A stretch of 64,000 bases of DNA, taken from positions 34,512-98,511 of the forward strand of contig CAYUSN010000002.1 in NCBI GenBank assembly GCA_964447415.1. The letters run 5' to 3'. This stretch comes from an uncultured Candidatus Saccharibacteria bacterium (GTDB taxonomy: Bacteria; Patescibacteriota; Minisyncoccia; Phycocordibacterales; EsbW-18). This document shows positions 31,192 to 39,816 of the stretch, in pieces. The position numbers were made by a program, and so were the translations under genes. Position 1 is the stretch's first letter. Each line of letters begins with the position of its first letter. Below the pieces are notes generated by a model. The model did no database searches. It was not told the DNA's origin and worked only from the letters and a program-made list of their open reading frames with translations.

Positions 31192-31500
31192 ATGCATATG
31201 AAAACACCACTCTTTCACGCACTGGCAGCTGCCGCACACATCGGTCTTATTTCACTCTTCTTTTTCTACGGTTCGTCACTGTTCGGTCCGGATGATAACG
31301 CTTTGATGCCGATGGCAATGCTATCCCTGTTTGTTTTGTCGGCTGCAATTATGGGGTATTTGTTTCTCTACCGCCCCATACTCATCTATCTGGAAGGCGA
31401 TAAAGCCGGGGCGCTCTCCTTTTTCTTTAAAACAACCGGCTTGTTTGCCGGCATCACGCTTGTCTTTTTTGCACTCGCATTTCTCATCTCCCGTATATAG
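31192..31500 (+). CDS. Hypothetical membrane protein (3 TM)
   Basis: 102 aa hydrophobic ORF, divergent from typA. Confidence 0.35.
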   Translation: MHMKTPLFHALAAAAHIGLISLFFFYGSSLFGPDDNALMPMAMLSLFVLSAAIMGYLFLYRPILIYLEGDKAGALSFFFKTTGLFAGITLVFFALAFLISRI

Positions 31501-31511
31501 CAGACGGAAGA

Positions 31512-31850
31512 TTACTCCAGCAAACACTCGCACGGTTTTTGTTTGAGTATTTTTTTCTGCTGCGCAACAGTGTGAAGAAACACGTTTTGTCCGCCTGCGC
31601 CCGTTGCATATTTTTTATTCAGCGGCGAGTGATGTTGATACCCGCGGCGCCTAAACTCACGCACCAGCTGTTCGTGACGCTCCCAGAGTGCTTTTTGCTT
31701 ACCCACCCACCTGAGCGTCTCAGGGTGGTGCGAATACCCACCCTTCCTTTTGTGTTTCGTCAGAATATTCCACAAACCGTGGAGTTCGCGATGTTCAGCC
31801 AGCAGGTGCTTGCGGCACAGATGTTTCGGATGTACATCCCACACGCGCAT
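31512..31850 (-). CDS. Pyrimidine-dimer DNA glycosylase (T4 endonuclease V/DenV-like)
   Basis: MRVWDVHPKHLCRKHLLAEHRELHGL and RWVGKQKALWERHEQLVREFRRRGY align with the T4 endo V blocks HLMAEYRELPRV and [25 protein letters not shown]. Confidence 0.6.
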   Translation of the reverse strand: MRVWDVHPKHLCRKHLLAEHRELHGLWNILTKHKRKGGYSHHPETLRWVGKQKALWERHEQLVREFRRRGYQHHSPLNKKYATGAGGQNVFLHTVAQQKKILKQKPCECLLE

Positions 31851-31855
31851 ACAAA

Positions 31856-32425
31856 TTATGTATTTTTACAACGAAAACAACTCTCCATATGATCGTTGAC
31901 CATACCGACCGCCTGCATGTGCGCATAGATAACCGTTGAACCAAGGAATGTGAACCCCCGTTTTTTGAGATCCGCCGCAAGAGCATCGGACTCTTTTGTG
32001 GTTGCTTTGTAGTCCTTGAGTGTCCGTATCTTATGGTGAATCGGTTTTCCGCCTACAAATGACCAGATATATTTTAAAAACGTGCCGAATTCTTTTTGCA
32101 CTTCAAGAAAACGTTTTGCGTTGTTAATCGCGGCCTCTATTTTTGCGCGGTTGCGGATAATGCCCTCGTTTTTCAAAAGCCGCGCCACATCTCTTTTTCC
32201 GAATGTTGCCACCTTCTTTGGATCAAAACCGGCGAACGCATTGCGATAATTTTCACGCTTGCGAAGCACGGTCAACCACGAGAGCCCCGCCTGTGCACTC
32301 TCAAGCACCAAAAACTCAAACATTTTCCTGTCATTGCGCACCGGTCTACCCCATTCGGTGTCGTGGTATGTTTCGTACAACACATCACCTTCTTTGACCC
32401 ACAGACAGCGAGTTTTAGTTTTCAT
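31856..32425 (-). CDS. tag: DNA-3-methyladenine glycosylase I
   Basis: YHDTEWGRPVRNDRKMFEFLVLESAQAGLSWLTVLRKRENYRNAF matches the Tag signature. Start codon directly abuts the 3' end of tRNA-Glu. Confidence 0.9.
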   Translation of the reverse strand: MKTKTRCLWVKEGDVLYETYHDTEWGRPVRNDRKMFEFLVLESAQAGLSWLTVLRKRENYRNAFAGFDPKKVATFGKRDVARLLKNEGIIRNRAKIEAAINNAKRFLEVQKEFGTFLKYIWSFVGGKPIHHKIRTLKDYKATTKESDALAADLKKRGFTFLGSTVIYAHMQAVGMVNDHMESCFRCKNT

Positions 32426-32426
32426 T

Positions 32427-32504
32427 GGTGACCTTATCGGGATTTGAACCCGAGTTTCGACCGTGAGAGGGTCGCGTCCTGGACCAGGCTAGACGATAAG
32501 GCCA
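32427..32504 (-). tRNA. tRNA-Glu (anticodon CUC), CCA encoded
   Basis: Reverse complement GGCCTTATCGTCTAGCCTGGTCCAGGACGCGACCCTCTCACGGTCGAAACTCGGGTTCAAATCCCGATAAGGTCACCA folds as a cloverleaf: 7 bp acceptor, 3 bp D stem like E. coli tRNA-Glu, anticodon stem CGACC/GGTCG with loop CTCTCAC, T-loop TTCAAAT. Coordinates +/-2. Confidence 0.85.
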
Positions 32505-32540
32505 TATACTACGGCATGTGCGTCTGTGTAGTCCACGTTG

Positions 32541-32616
32541 CTCTCTCGGTTCCGTGAGAGGGATTGAAAGCACCGACGTGCGTTCAATCCGTAGACCAGG
32601 CTAGACGATACGGCCG
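32541..32616 (-). pseudogene. Degenerate tRNA-Glu-like copy (tRNA pseudogene or remnant)
   Basis: Reverse complement GGCCGTATCGTCTAGCCTGGTCTAC... shares the first about 23 nt and the CCCTCTCACGG anticodon-loop segment with the adjacent tRNA-Glu. The D stem is broken and a 30 nt perfect hairpin (GGATTGAA...TTCAATCC) replaces the anticodon-stem 5' side; no matching acceptor 3' strand. Confidence 0.4.
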
Positions 32617-32694
32617 ACCGCATCAGAATACGACACACACTTGCTTTTTTCAAGGTATGCGCGAACAATGGGTGTTAGAGAAAGGAGGCCGCCA

Positions 32695-32802
32695 TGCCGA
32701 AATGGTTTCAGTACACCGTCATCGGCGTCGTTCTCGGCGCCTCCGCTGCCCTCTTCACGTTTTCCATCGGGTACAAGCTCTACAAGAGCGTGACCCGATG
32801 AA
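32695..32802 (+). CDS. Small single-TM peptide (35 aa) with a strong Shine-Dalgarno
   Basis: AAAGGAGG lies 6 nt upstream of the ATG. Encodes MPKWFQYTVIGVVLGASAALFTFSIGYKLYKSVTR. Not in the ORF track because it is under 60 aa. Confidence 0.35.
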
Positions 32803-32847
32803 CGCCGCGGCGGTCCCTCACAGGACCGCCGCTAAACCATTATCTGT

Positions 32848-34128
32848 TTATCTTTTGCTCCACTCTTTCCCCTGTCGCACAAGTAATTGATGTTTTTTCT
32901 CAGGATGTAGCAACACCTCCGAAACAGCACGCTCAATACGCATTGACTGTGAGCCCTTAAAAAGCACGATATCGCCCTCTTTTAAAATACTTTTTACAAA
33001 CAATCCGGCATCACGCGCATTTTCAAAACTTTCCACCCGTTCCGCACCCGCATCTTTTGCCGCATCACGCGCCTTGCGCATACGGTTGCCGACGGTCACA
33101 ACAACACCGATGTCCGCACACTGTGCGCCGACTTCCGCGTGTGCACTATCGGAAAGTTCACCGAGTTCGGCCATATCACCCAACACCGCGATTTTTCTTC
33201 CGCCGGAAACGTCTTTGAGCGTTGCGAGTGCTTCACGCAGCGCCACTGGCGATGAGTTATACGTGTCATCGATGAGCGTCGCTCCGTGGAGGCCCTCGAG
33301 AATATGCATGCGTCCAAGCGGAAACGCCCTTTCGGCAAGTGCGTCTCCGATTTCCACAAGATTAATCCCGTGCATAATACCGAACGCCGTTGCCGCAAGT
33401 GACGGATACATGGTTTGTCTTCCAAGCACGCCAGACAGCGTCATCGGCACGATGTTTCCGTCATGCGCGATTTTAAACGTTACGCCGGTCGGTTTTCCGT
33501 TTTTATCGTACATTACCGCGTAGTATTCACCCCGCACGTCCGCACCCTCCTGCGTTCCGAACGTAAGCGTCCTGCAAATACTTTCGTCTTTAAGTGCGCG
33601 CACACTCGGATCATCGTGTGCAAGTATCAGCGCACCGTCTTTGGAAAGCCCTCGGATTATTTTTGCTTTTTCGCGCAGCACGTCCTTTGCCGAATCAAAA
33701 AATTCAACGTGCACCGGTGCATCACCGATGTGGGTAATCACCGCGGTGTCCAGATGTATCAGCGACATTGTGTGATCCATATCACCCGGATGATCAACGC
33801 CCAATTCCAACACAAGCCACTCTGGATATGAAAATGAAAACACCGCTGAAAAAAAGCCGCGAATAATGTTGCCGAACCATCCGTGTACACTGTTCCACGC
33901 AGTTTCAAGGTTGAGCACCGACAACGGCAGTCCGAGCTCCGAGTTATAGCTCCGCGCGCTTGCACGGGTGTTTCCAAGACGGCGTGCAACGCATGCAACC
34001 GCCTCTTTTGTCGATGTTTTGCCGACGCTACCGGTAATACCGACAACGCGCGGACGGTGCATCCACAGCGCTATGCGCGCCTCAAAGGTGAGAATTGAAA
34101 CAACTATTTTTTTTAGTATCTGCTTCAT
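32848..34128 (-). CDS. murF: UDP-N-acetylmuramoyl-tripeptide--D-alanyl-D-alanine ligase MurF
   Basis: GITGSVGKTSTKE P-loop and DDTYNSSP motif. Follows ftsI in the dcw order. Confidence 0.9.
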   Translation of the reverse strand: MKQILKKIVVSILTFEARIALWMHRPRVVGITGSVGKTSTKEAVACVARRLGNTRASARSYNSELGLPLSVLNLETAWNSVHGWFGNIIRGFFSAVFSFSYPEWLVLELGVDHPGDMDHTMSLIHLDTAVITHIGDAPVHVEFFDSAKDVLREKAKIIRGLSKDGALILAHDDPSVRALKDESICRTLTFGTQEGADVRGEYYAVMYDKNGKPTGVTFKIAHDGNIVPMTLSGVLGRQTMYPSLAATAFGIMHGINLVEIGDALAERAFPLGRMHILEGLHGATLIDDTYNSSPVALREALATLKDVSGGRKIAVLGDMAELGELSDSAHAEVGAQCADIGVVVTVGNRMRKARDAAKDAGAERVESFENARDAGLFVKSILKEGDIVLFKGSQSMRIERAVSEVLLHPEKKHQLLVRQGKEWSKR

Positions 34129-35852
34129 AACTGCTGGCGGTCCGGTGTAACGCCGTAGTAGTTGATGAGAAAATCAACAGTGTGCATAAACGGCTGTGTA
34201 AAGGTCTGTGATGCAAAATTTGTCCCTTTCGGGTCATCCGCATAAAAGAAGATAAGAAACCGCGGATTGTACGCCGGGAAATACCCGAAAAATGAGTGAA
34301 AGAACCGGTCTTCGTAGTACTTTCCGGTCGCAGGATTCGTCACCTGCGCCGTCCCTGTTTTCGCCGCAATCGCATACTCTTCTTTCTTAACCGTACCACC
34401 CAGCAGATACTTGTCCACAACCTCAACCAGCATCCGTGTAATGATTTCACTTGTTTCAGGAGCGATAATCTGCTTTTCGGCGGGGCGCGGAATAGTGCGC
34501 GGTATGCCGACCTCACTGATGATTTCACGGGCAACATGCGGCACCACAAGCTTCCCGCCGTTTGCAAGCGCAGAAAGCGCCCGTACAGTGGCAATCGGCG
34601 TCAGTGCGATGCCTTGTCCGTAAGCCGCGGTGATATATTCGATGTCCCGCGATGTCGTAAGGTTATCCAACTTTCCGCTCACCTCTCCCGGCAAATCAAT
34701 ACCCGTTTCTTTATCAAGACCGAAATTGCGCATGTATTCGGCAAACCGTTCATTACCGAGACGGGAAACAATATAGGCGACTCCTGTGTTAAGTGATTCG
34801 CCCAATACGGTTTGCATGGTGGTTCCCGGTCCGCGTCCTTTTCCGTCGTGGTTCCAGATAGTGCGCCCGTTTGCCTCAACAAACCCGCGGTCTGTATACG
34901 TCGACTGCGGAGTAATCACACCGGCATCAAGACCTGCGGCAATTGTCAGCGGTTTAATAATGGAACCCATTTCAAAAATACTTTCAACTATCGGATTTCC
35001 GAACACCCGCGGATTCGATACGTCATAGAATTCATTCGGGTTAAACGTCGGAAGAATGGCAAGTGCAAAAATCTCACCCGTATTCGGGTCAACAATAACG
35101 GCACCGAGTGAACGCGGAGAAAGCTCCTCTGCAACACCGGCAAGCACGTCCTCAAGAAACCCCTGTACATTCGGTTCAATTGTCGTAAGCACATCGCCGT
35201 GTCCTTCACCGTCATCCGCACGCGCCACATCTTTCACGTTTGAAAACACCTCAACAAAAATATTCTTGTACAACGTCTCGTTGTTTCGCTCAAGTGTCTC
35301 TTCATAGTATTGTTCGATGCCGTACCTGCCGACAAGACTGTCGCCCTCAAAACCGACAAAACCGATTGTGTTTGCAGCGCGCTCTTCCCCCGGATACAAA
35401 CGCCACCGTTCCTTTTCAAGCACCACCCCGGGAATATCAAGCTCGTTGATCTTCTGTGCGCTTGCTTCATCAACACGGCGTATCAGCGTTTCGTACGGAT
35501 CGTCTTTCATGGCCGCTTTTTTCATAAATTCCTCCTCATCAATATCTACGATCGCGGACAGTTGTGTATATGTGCTTTGTGTGTCTTCAAGTATGTTTGG
35601 TTTTATTGCAAGCGTCAGACCGGACGCAAGTGTCGCCGCCGAGACGCGCTCGCCGTTTTTATCCTGAAAAAAAATAGACCCGCGGTCGAAGATTCGTCCG
35701 TTGGGCAGTGAAAACTGGCGGTCGGCACGGTCGTTCCATTGCTCGTGCTGCACAATCTGCACCAGATACAATTTAACGACAAAGACAAGCGCGACCACAA
35801 AAAACAGCGAGAAGAGGATATAAATCCTTTTGTGATGCGTGTCGCTCTTCAT
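34125..35852 (-). CDS. ftsI: Penicillin-binding transpeptidase FtsI (PBP3-like)
   Basis: N-terminal TM, SIIKPL (SxxK), SLN-like and KTGTA motifs. Overlaps murF by 4 nt. Confidence 0.88.
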   Translation of the reverse strand: MKSDTHHKRIYILFSLFFVVALVFVVKLYLVQIVQHEQWNDRADRQFSLPNGRIFDRGSIFFQDKNGERVSAATLASGLTLAIKPNILEDTQSTYTQLSAIVDIDEEEFMKKAAMKDDPYETLIRRVDEASAQKINELDIPGVVLEKERWRLYPGEERAANTIGFVGFEGDSLVGRYGIEQYYEETLERNNETLYKNIFVEVFSNVKDVARADDGEGHGDVLTTIEPNVQGFLEDVLAGVAEELSPRSLGAVIVDPNTGEIFALAILPTFNPNEFYDVSNPRVFGNPIVESIFEMGSIIKPLTIAAGLDAGVITPQSTYTDRGFVEANGRTIWNHDGKGRGPGTTMQTVLGESLNTGVAYIVSRLGNERFAEYMRNFGLDKETGIDLPGEVSGKLDNLTTSRDIEYITAAYGQGIALTPIATVRALSALANGGKLVVPHVAREIISEVGIPRTIPRPAEKQIIAPETSEIITRMLVEVVDKYLLGGTVKKEEYAIAAKTGTAQVTNPATGKYYEDRFFHSFFGYFPAYNPRFLIFFYADDPKGTNFASQTFTQPFMHTVDFLINYYGVTPDRQQL

Positions 35853-35858
35853 GTGCCG

Positions 35859-36176
35859 TTAGTCACTGTCAGACCGGAATGAAAGCGTGTGGATGCGGCG
35901 TGATACAAACAGCGCAACGTCGGCTTCAACAAAACCCAAATCGTGTGCGCGCGCAAGCGTCAGTGAATCCATAACCTGCATATACTCCGCTTCAAGAAGC
36001 GCCACCTCACCGGCCGTTTCGGTCAGCGACCGCTCAACCGCCTGGCGGGCCATCGTGTGGGCAACCGTTTCTTTCATAAGCGTCAGATACGCACCGCCGA
36101 GTAGACAGCACGTGAAAAAGAGGGCGATAATCGCTTTTTTATGAAACGTATTCAGTTGGAGTAAGTCTCGTACCAT
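35859..36176 (-). CDS. ftsL: Cell division protein FtsL-like (bitopic, coiled coil)
   Basis: 105 aa, single TM then a short helical region. Sits between rsmH and ftsI. Confidence 0.5.
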   Translation of the reverse strand: MVRDLLQLNTFHKKAIIALFFTCCLLGGAYLTLMKETVAHTMARQAVERSLTETAGEVALLEAEYMQVMDSLTLARAHDLGFVEADVALFVSRRIHTLSFRSDSD

Positions 36177-36178
36177 GG

Positions 36179-37063
36179 TTATTTTTGAAGGATTCGTAGT
36201 TTTGCCGAACGTGACCGCGGATTATTTCGTACTTCCTCGTCTTGAGGCATAATCGGTTTTTTTGTTATTCTGACTGCCCCATCCGCCTCTTTTTGTTTTG
36301 AAAATTCTTTGACGATGCGGTCTTCAAGACTGTGAAATGAGACGACGGCAATTCGTTTTCCGGGCGAAAGCAGTGAAAATGTTTTTTCCAGTCCCTCCTT
36401 AAGCGCATTGAGTTCATCGTTGACCGCAATACGCAGCGCCTGGAAGGTCCGCGTTGCCGGATGAATCGCGCCGGTTCTGTATCGTCCGGGTACCGCACTC
36501 TTGATTACCTCAACCAACTGACCCGTCGTTTCAATCGGGTGTGCCTGACGTTCTGACACAAGTGCTTTTGCAATTCGGCGCGCATATCGTTCCTCTCCGT
36601 ATCCGAATATCACATTTGCAATATCTTCCTCCGCCCAGTCGTTGATGATGTCGCGTGCGGTAAACGCAATGTATTCGGGGTCCGTCTGGAGCGTCATAGA
36701 AAGCGGTTCATCGCGCAGGAAGCTGAATCCCCGTCCGGATTCCTCGAGTTGCAGCGAACTGAAACCGAGGTCAAACGCCGCACCGTCTATCCGCGCAATA
36801 CCGAGCCGTGCAAGTTCCGCATCCACATTTCTGAAATTTGCGTGAACAAGATGTAGTGTGCAGGTAACAGCAGAGAGTATTTTTTTCGCCCGCTCTATTG
36901 CATCGCCGTCTTGGTCAAATCCGACAACCGTTCCGTTCGCGCCGACGCGCTCGCACAGCGCATGCGTATATCCGCCGCCGCCGACTGTTGCGTCAACAAC
37001 CACGTCACCGGAGGAAACCGAGAGTCCGTCGATCACTTCTTGTAAAAGAACAGGAATATGCAT
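36179..37063 (-). CDS. rsmH: 16S rRNA (cytosine1402-N4)-methyltransferase RsmH/MraW
   Basis: MHIPVLLQEVIDGL...DATVGGGGYTHAL...DLGFSSLQLE are RsmH motifs. Confidence 0.92.
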   Translation of the reverse strand: MHIPVLLQEVIDGLSVSSGDVVVDATVGGGGYTHALCERVGANGTVVGFDQDGDAIERAKKILSAVTCTLHLVHANFRNVDAELARLGIARIDGAAFDLGFSSLQLEESGRGFSFLRDEPLSMTLQTDPEYIAFTARDIINDWAEEDIANVIFGYGEERYARRIAKALVSERQAHPIETTGQLVEVIKSAVPGRYRTGAIHPATRTFQALRIAVNDELNALKEGLEKTFSLLSPGKRIAVVSFHSLEDRIVKEFSKQKEADGAVRITKKPIMPQDEEVRNNPRSRSAKLRILQK

Positions 37064-37069
37064 GCCTCC

Positions 37070-37504
37070 CTATATCGCACCGATTCCTCCGAGCTGCTCG
37101 GCGAGTACATCGGCCTCTTTTTCGATGCGTCGCGTGTAGGCATCCCACTGACGCTCATTCCAAATCTCAACCCGTGTCTGTACACCGGCGAACACTACCT
37201 TTCCTTTCAGCTCCGCAAAATCTCTCAAGAAATCAGGTATCAACATTCGTCCGGCGGAGTCGACGTCTACTTCGGAGGCACCGGCAAGCATAAACCGTGC
37301 GAACCCACGTGTGCTTGATTGACCCATACCGAGGTTGCCGAGCTGTTCTGCGATTGCTTTCCACTCTTTCTGCGAATACACAAACAAACATCCTTCCAAC
37401 CCGCGCGTTACGACAATTTTTTTTCCCAGCTCCTGGCGAAACTTCACCGGAAGCGAAAGCCGCTTCTTGTCATCCAGTGTGTGTTTGTATTCGCCGATGA
37501 GCAT
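37070..37504 (-). CDS. mraZ: Transcriptional regulator MraZ
   Basis: MLIGEYKHTLDDKKRLSLPVKFRQEL (first DXXXR MraZ repeat) and a second repeat downstream. The track ORF extends 14 codons upstream to 37546. Confidence 0.88.
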   Translation of the reverse strand: MLIGEYKHTLDDKKRLSLPVKFRQELGKKIVVTRGLEGCLFVYSQKEWKAIAEQLGNLGMGQSSTRGFARFMLAGASEVDVDSAGRMLIPDFLRDFAELKGKVVFAGVQTRVEIWNERQWDAYTRRIEKEADVLAEQLGGIGAI

Positions 37505-37564
37505 GGGTGTGTAAAGATTTTTCCGGACAAGGGGAAACGCGGACAAGTGCGTTTCCCACTTTGT

Positions 37565-37600
37565 CCCACATGAATATTATTCTACCCCACCCTATCCCAC
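37565..37600 (-). promoter_or_regulatory. MraZ-box direct repeats (GTGGG x3) in the mraZ promoter region
   Basis: In minus sense GTGGG occurs at 37596-37600, 37586-37590 (10 bp period) and 37565-37569, 20-95 nt upstream of mraZ. MraZ operators in other bacteria are GTGGG/TGGGN direct repeats with a 10 bp period. Confidence 0.5.
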
Positions 37601-37635
37601 ATACAAACAAACTTATCCACTTTTTTGAATAGAAA

Positions 37636-37669
37636 ACACCCCTCGCCGTATGTCTACGGCGAGGGGTGT
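37636..37669 (-). terminator. Rho-independent terminator of lysS
   Basis: Perfect 15 bp stem ACACCCCTCGCCGTA/TACGGCGAGGGGTGT with loop TGTC, followed in minus sense by UUUCUAUUC. Lies 13 nt after the lysS stop. Confidence 0.7.
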
Positions 37670-37681
37670 TAAAACCCTGTA

Positions 37682-39136
37682 TTAGTCGCTATCTTTCGGA
37701 CGCATGAGAGGGAAAATCTGGGTCTCACGGACCGGCTTGTCCGCCATGAACGCAAAGAGTCGTTCACCGAACCCGAAACCGAATGTGGGCGGCATGCCGT
37801 ACTCAAGCATCTCTACAAATTCAAAATCGGGCATCATCGCCTCCTCGTCCCCCCGTTCAATAAGCGCCTCCTGTTCTTTAAAGCGTGCCGCCTGGTCAAT
37901 GGGATTGTTGAGTTCACCGTGCGCACGCCCCATCTCAGACCCCGCAATAATAATCTGCAGTGTGAGCGTCTTGCGCGGGTCATCAGGATGTTCCTGTGAG
38001 AGCGGCGCAACAAGTTTCGGATGATTGACGAGAAACGCCGGGCCGGAAATATTTTTTCTGCAGTACTTCCACAACGAGTCGGTCAGACGCTCGCGTGTGT
38101 CGCCTTCAAACCGTACACCAAGCTCGATGAGTTTTTCTTTGAGTTCTTTCTCGGACGACTCCAGTACGTTTACCCCCGTCATCTTTTCAACGGTGGACAC
38201 ATAATCAAGCTCTTCCCACTCGCGACCTAGATCAAACGAATGACCGCGCGTCTCAAACGCGGTGGTGCCAAACACTTCTTTTGCAAGCGTACGATAGAGT
38301 TCTTGAATGAGCCTCTTCCCTTCCTCAAAATCCATGTAGGAGGCGTAAAACTCCATGTTCGTAAATTCCTGCAGGTGCTCGAGACTGGAACCCTCGTTAC
38401 GATACGCGCGTCCGATTTCAAACGTGCGCGGAATGCCCGCGGCCATCAGCCGTTTTTGCCAGAGCTCGCCTATTGAAATACGCAAAAAGACGTCCAAATC
38501 AAAGTCATTGTGGTGTGTTTTAAATGGCCGTGCTTCGGCTCCGCCGGTGGTCACCTCCAAGGTCGGCGTCTCCACCTCAAGAAATCCGCGGTCTTTGAGA
38601 AACTTCCGGGTCACGTCCCAAAACTTCGCCTTCTTCTCAAACAGCTCTTTGAGCTCTGGGTGTGAAATAAAGTCAAGATACCGTTTGCGCAGACGCTCCT
38701 CCTGATCGGTCAGCCCCACCCATTTCTCAGGAAGCGTGCGGAGCGACTTGGAGAGCATCGTCCAACCCGACGCCAAAATACTTTTTTCTCCGCGCTTTGT
38801 TTTTGTCGGCGTGCCGGAGAGGTCGATGAAATCGCCGATATCAACAACCTGACCGAAGAACCCGAATGTGTCTCGGAGCGTATCCTCCTTGAGGTATCCC
38901 TGAATTTTTCCGGTGCCGTCGTAAAGATCACAGAATACCGTTCCGCCGTGTTCGCGAATGGACATAACGCGTCCCGCAACCGTCACCGGTTCCTTGTCCG
39001 CTTTTGCGTCAAAGTCGGAAACCAAATCACCGATGGTTGTCGTGCGTTGTGAAGAGGGCGGATACGGACGCATTCCCTTCTCTGCAAGCAGAGAAAGTTT
39101 TCTGAGCCGTTCGTTTCGAATATCTTCCAGTGACAT
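37682..39136 (-). CDS. lysS: Lysyl-tRNA synthetase (class II)
   Basis: 484 aa with an N-terminal OB anticodon-binding domain and class II motifs (FLEVETPTL; ELSIIDAE-like; GFGFGERLFAFM motif 3 region). Confidence 0.95.
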   Translation of the reverse strand: MSLEDIRNERLRKLSLLAEKGMRPYPPSSQRTTTIGDLVSDFDAKADKEPVTVAGRVMSIREHGGTVFCDLYDGTGKIQGYLKEDTLRDTFGFFGQVVDIGDFIDLSGTPTKTKRGEKSILASGWTMLSKSLRTLPEKWVGLTDQEERLRKRYLDFISHPELKELFEKKAKFWDVTRKFLKDRGFLEVETPTLEVTTGGAEARPFKTHHNDFDLDVFLRISIGELWQKRLMAAGIPRTFEIGRAYRNEGSSLEHLQEFTNMEFYASYMDFEEGKRLIQELYRTLAKEVFGTTAFETRGHSFDLGREWEELDYVSTVEKMTGVNVLESSEKELKEKLIELGVRFEGDTRERLTDSLWKYCRKNISGPAFLVNHPKLVAPLSQEHPDDPRKTLTLQIIIAGSEMGRAHGELNNPIDQAARFKEQEALIERGDEEAMMPDFEFVEMLEYGMPPTFGFGFGERLFAFMADKPVRETQIFPLMRPKDSD

Positions 39137-39298
39137 ACACCCTCATTCTACACTCCGTATCTTATTTTTCTAGAGCGTCTCTAAAATTCTTGGGTGCAAG
39201 GCACGGTCAGGCGAGGCGCGCAGACGTACTGAAAAACTACGGCGAAGCGGCGAGCCGGGACCCGTAACGAAGCAGACGGGAATTTTAGAGATGCGAGG

Positions 39299-39769
39299 CT
39301 AGTCTATTTTAACGACGGTATACTCCATCGTCTTCCCTGACGGGGCGGTAAATGTAAATACCTCTCCCTTCTTTTTACCCACGAGCGCCTGTCCGAGCGG
39401 TGAGTGTGATGAAATACGTCCGGCTGCAGTATCCGCCTCCTCTGAACCCACAATGGTAAATTCTTTCTTCTCCTTCTCGCCCGCTTTTTGAAGCGTTACA
39501 GTTGAACCGATTTCCACGGCGTTGCTGTGGTGCATCGTCATGATTTCGGCCTTTTTGAGAAGGCCCACAAGATACTTAATCCGGTTTTCGGATTTTCCCT
39601 GTTCCTGTCGCGCTTCCTGATATTCGGCGTTTTCCGAAAGGTCGCCGAGCGCACGCGCGGATTCAAGTTGCCGTGCAATTTCATTGCGGCGAGTTGTAAT
39701 TAAAAAATCAAGCTCGTGTTTGAGCTCGTTGTATTTTGCCTCCGTCAGGTACTGCTTCTCGTCCTTCAT
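39299..39769 (-). CDS. greA: Transcription elongation factor GreA
   Basis: MKDEKQYLTEAKYNELKHELDFLITTRRNEIARQLESARALGDLSENAEY is the GreA N-terminal coiled coil, followed by the C-terminal FKBP-like domain. The track extends 13 codons upstream. Confidence 0.9.
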   Translation of the reverse strand: MKDEKQYLTEAKYNELKHELDFLITTRRNEIARQLESARALGDLSENAEYQEARQEQGKSENRIKYLVGLLKKAEIMTMHHSNAVEIGSTVTLQKAGEKEKKEFTIVGSEEADTAAGRISSHSPLGQALVGKKKGEVFTFTAPSGKTMEYTVVKID

Positions 39770-39816
39770 ATGACGAGGCACTATACATGGAATATGCCCC
39801 GGACACAAGTGGAAAG

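Noticed and set aside
32427-32616. Integrative mobile element inserted at tRNA-Glu, with the partial tRNA copy acting as the att repeat
   Set aside because: No integrase, excisionase or other mobile-element gene is present on either side. The duplicated segment is the tRNA 5' half rather than the usual 3' end. It is retained only as a remnant hypothesis inside the tRNA finding.
39137-39298. T-box riboswitch upstream of lysS
   Set aside because: No T-box consensus (AGGGUGGNACCGCG) or specifier-loop architecture is visible. It is kept only as an unspecified structured leader.
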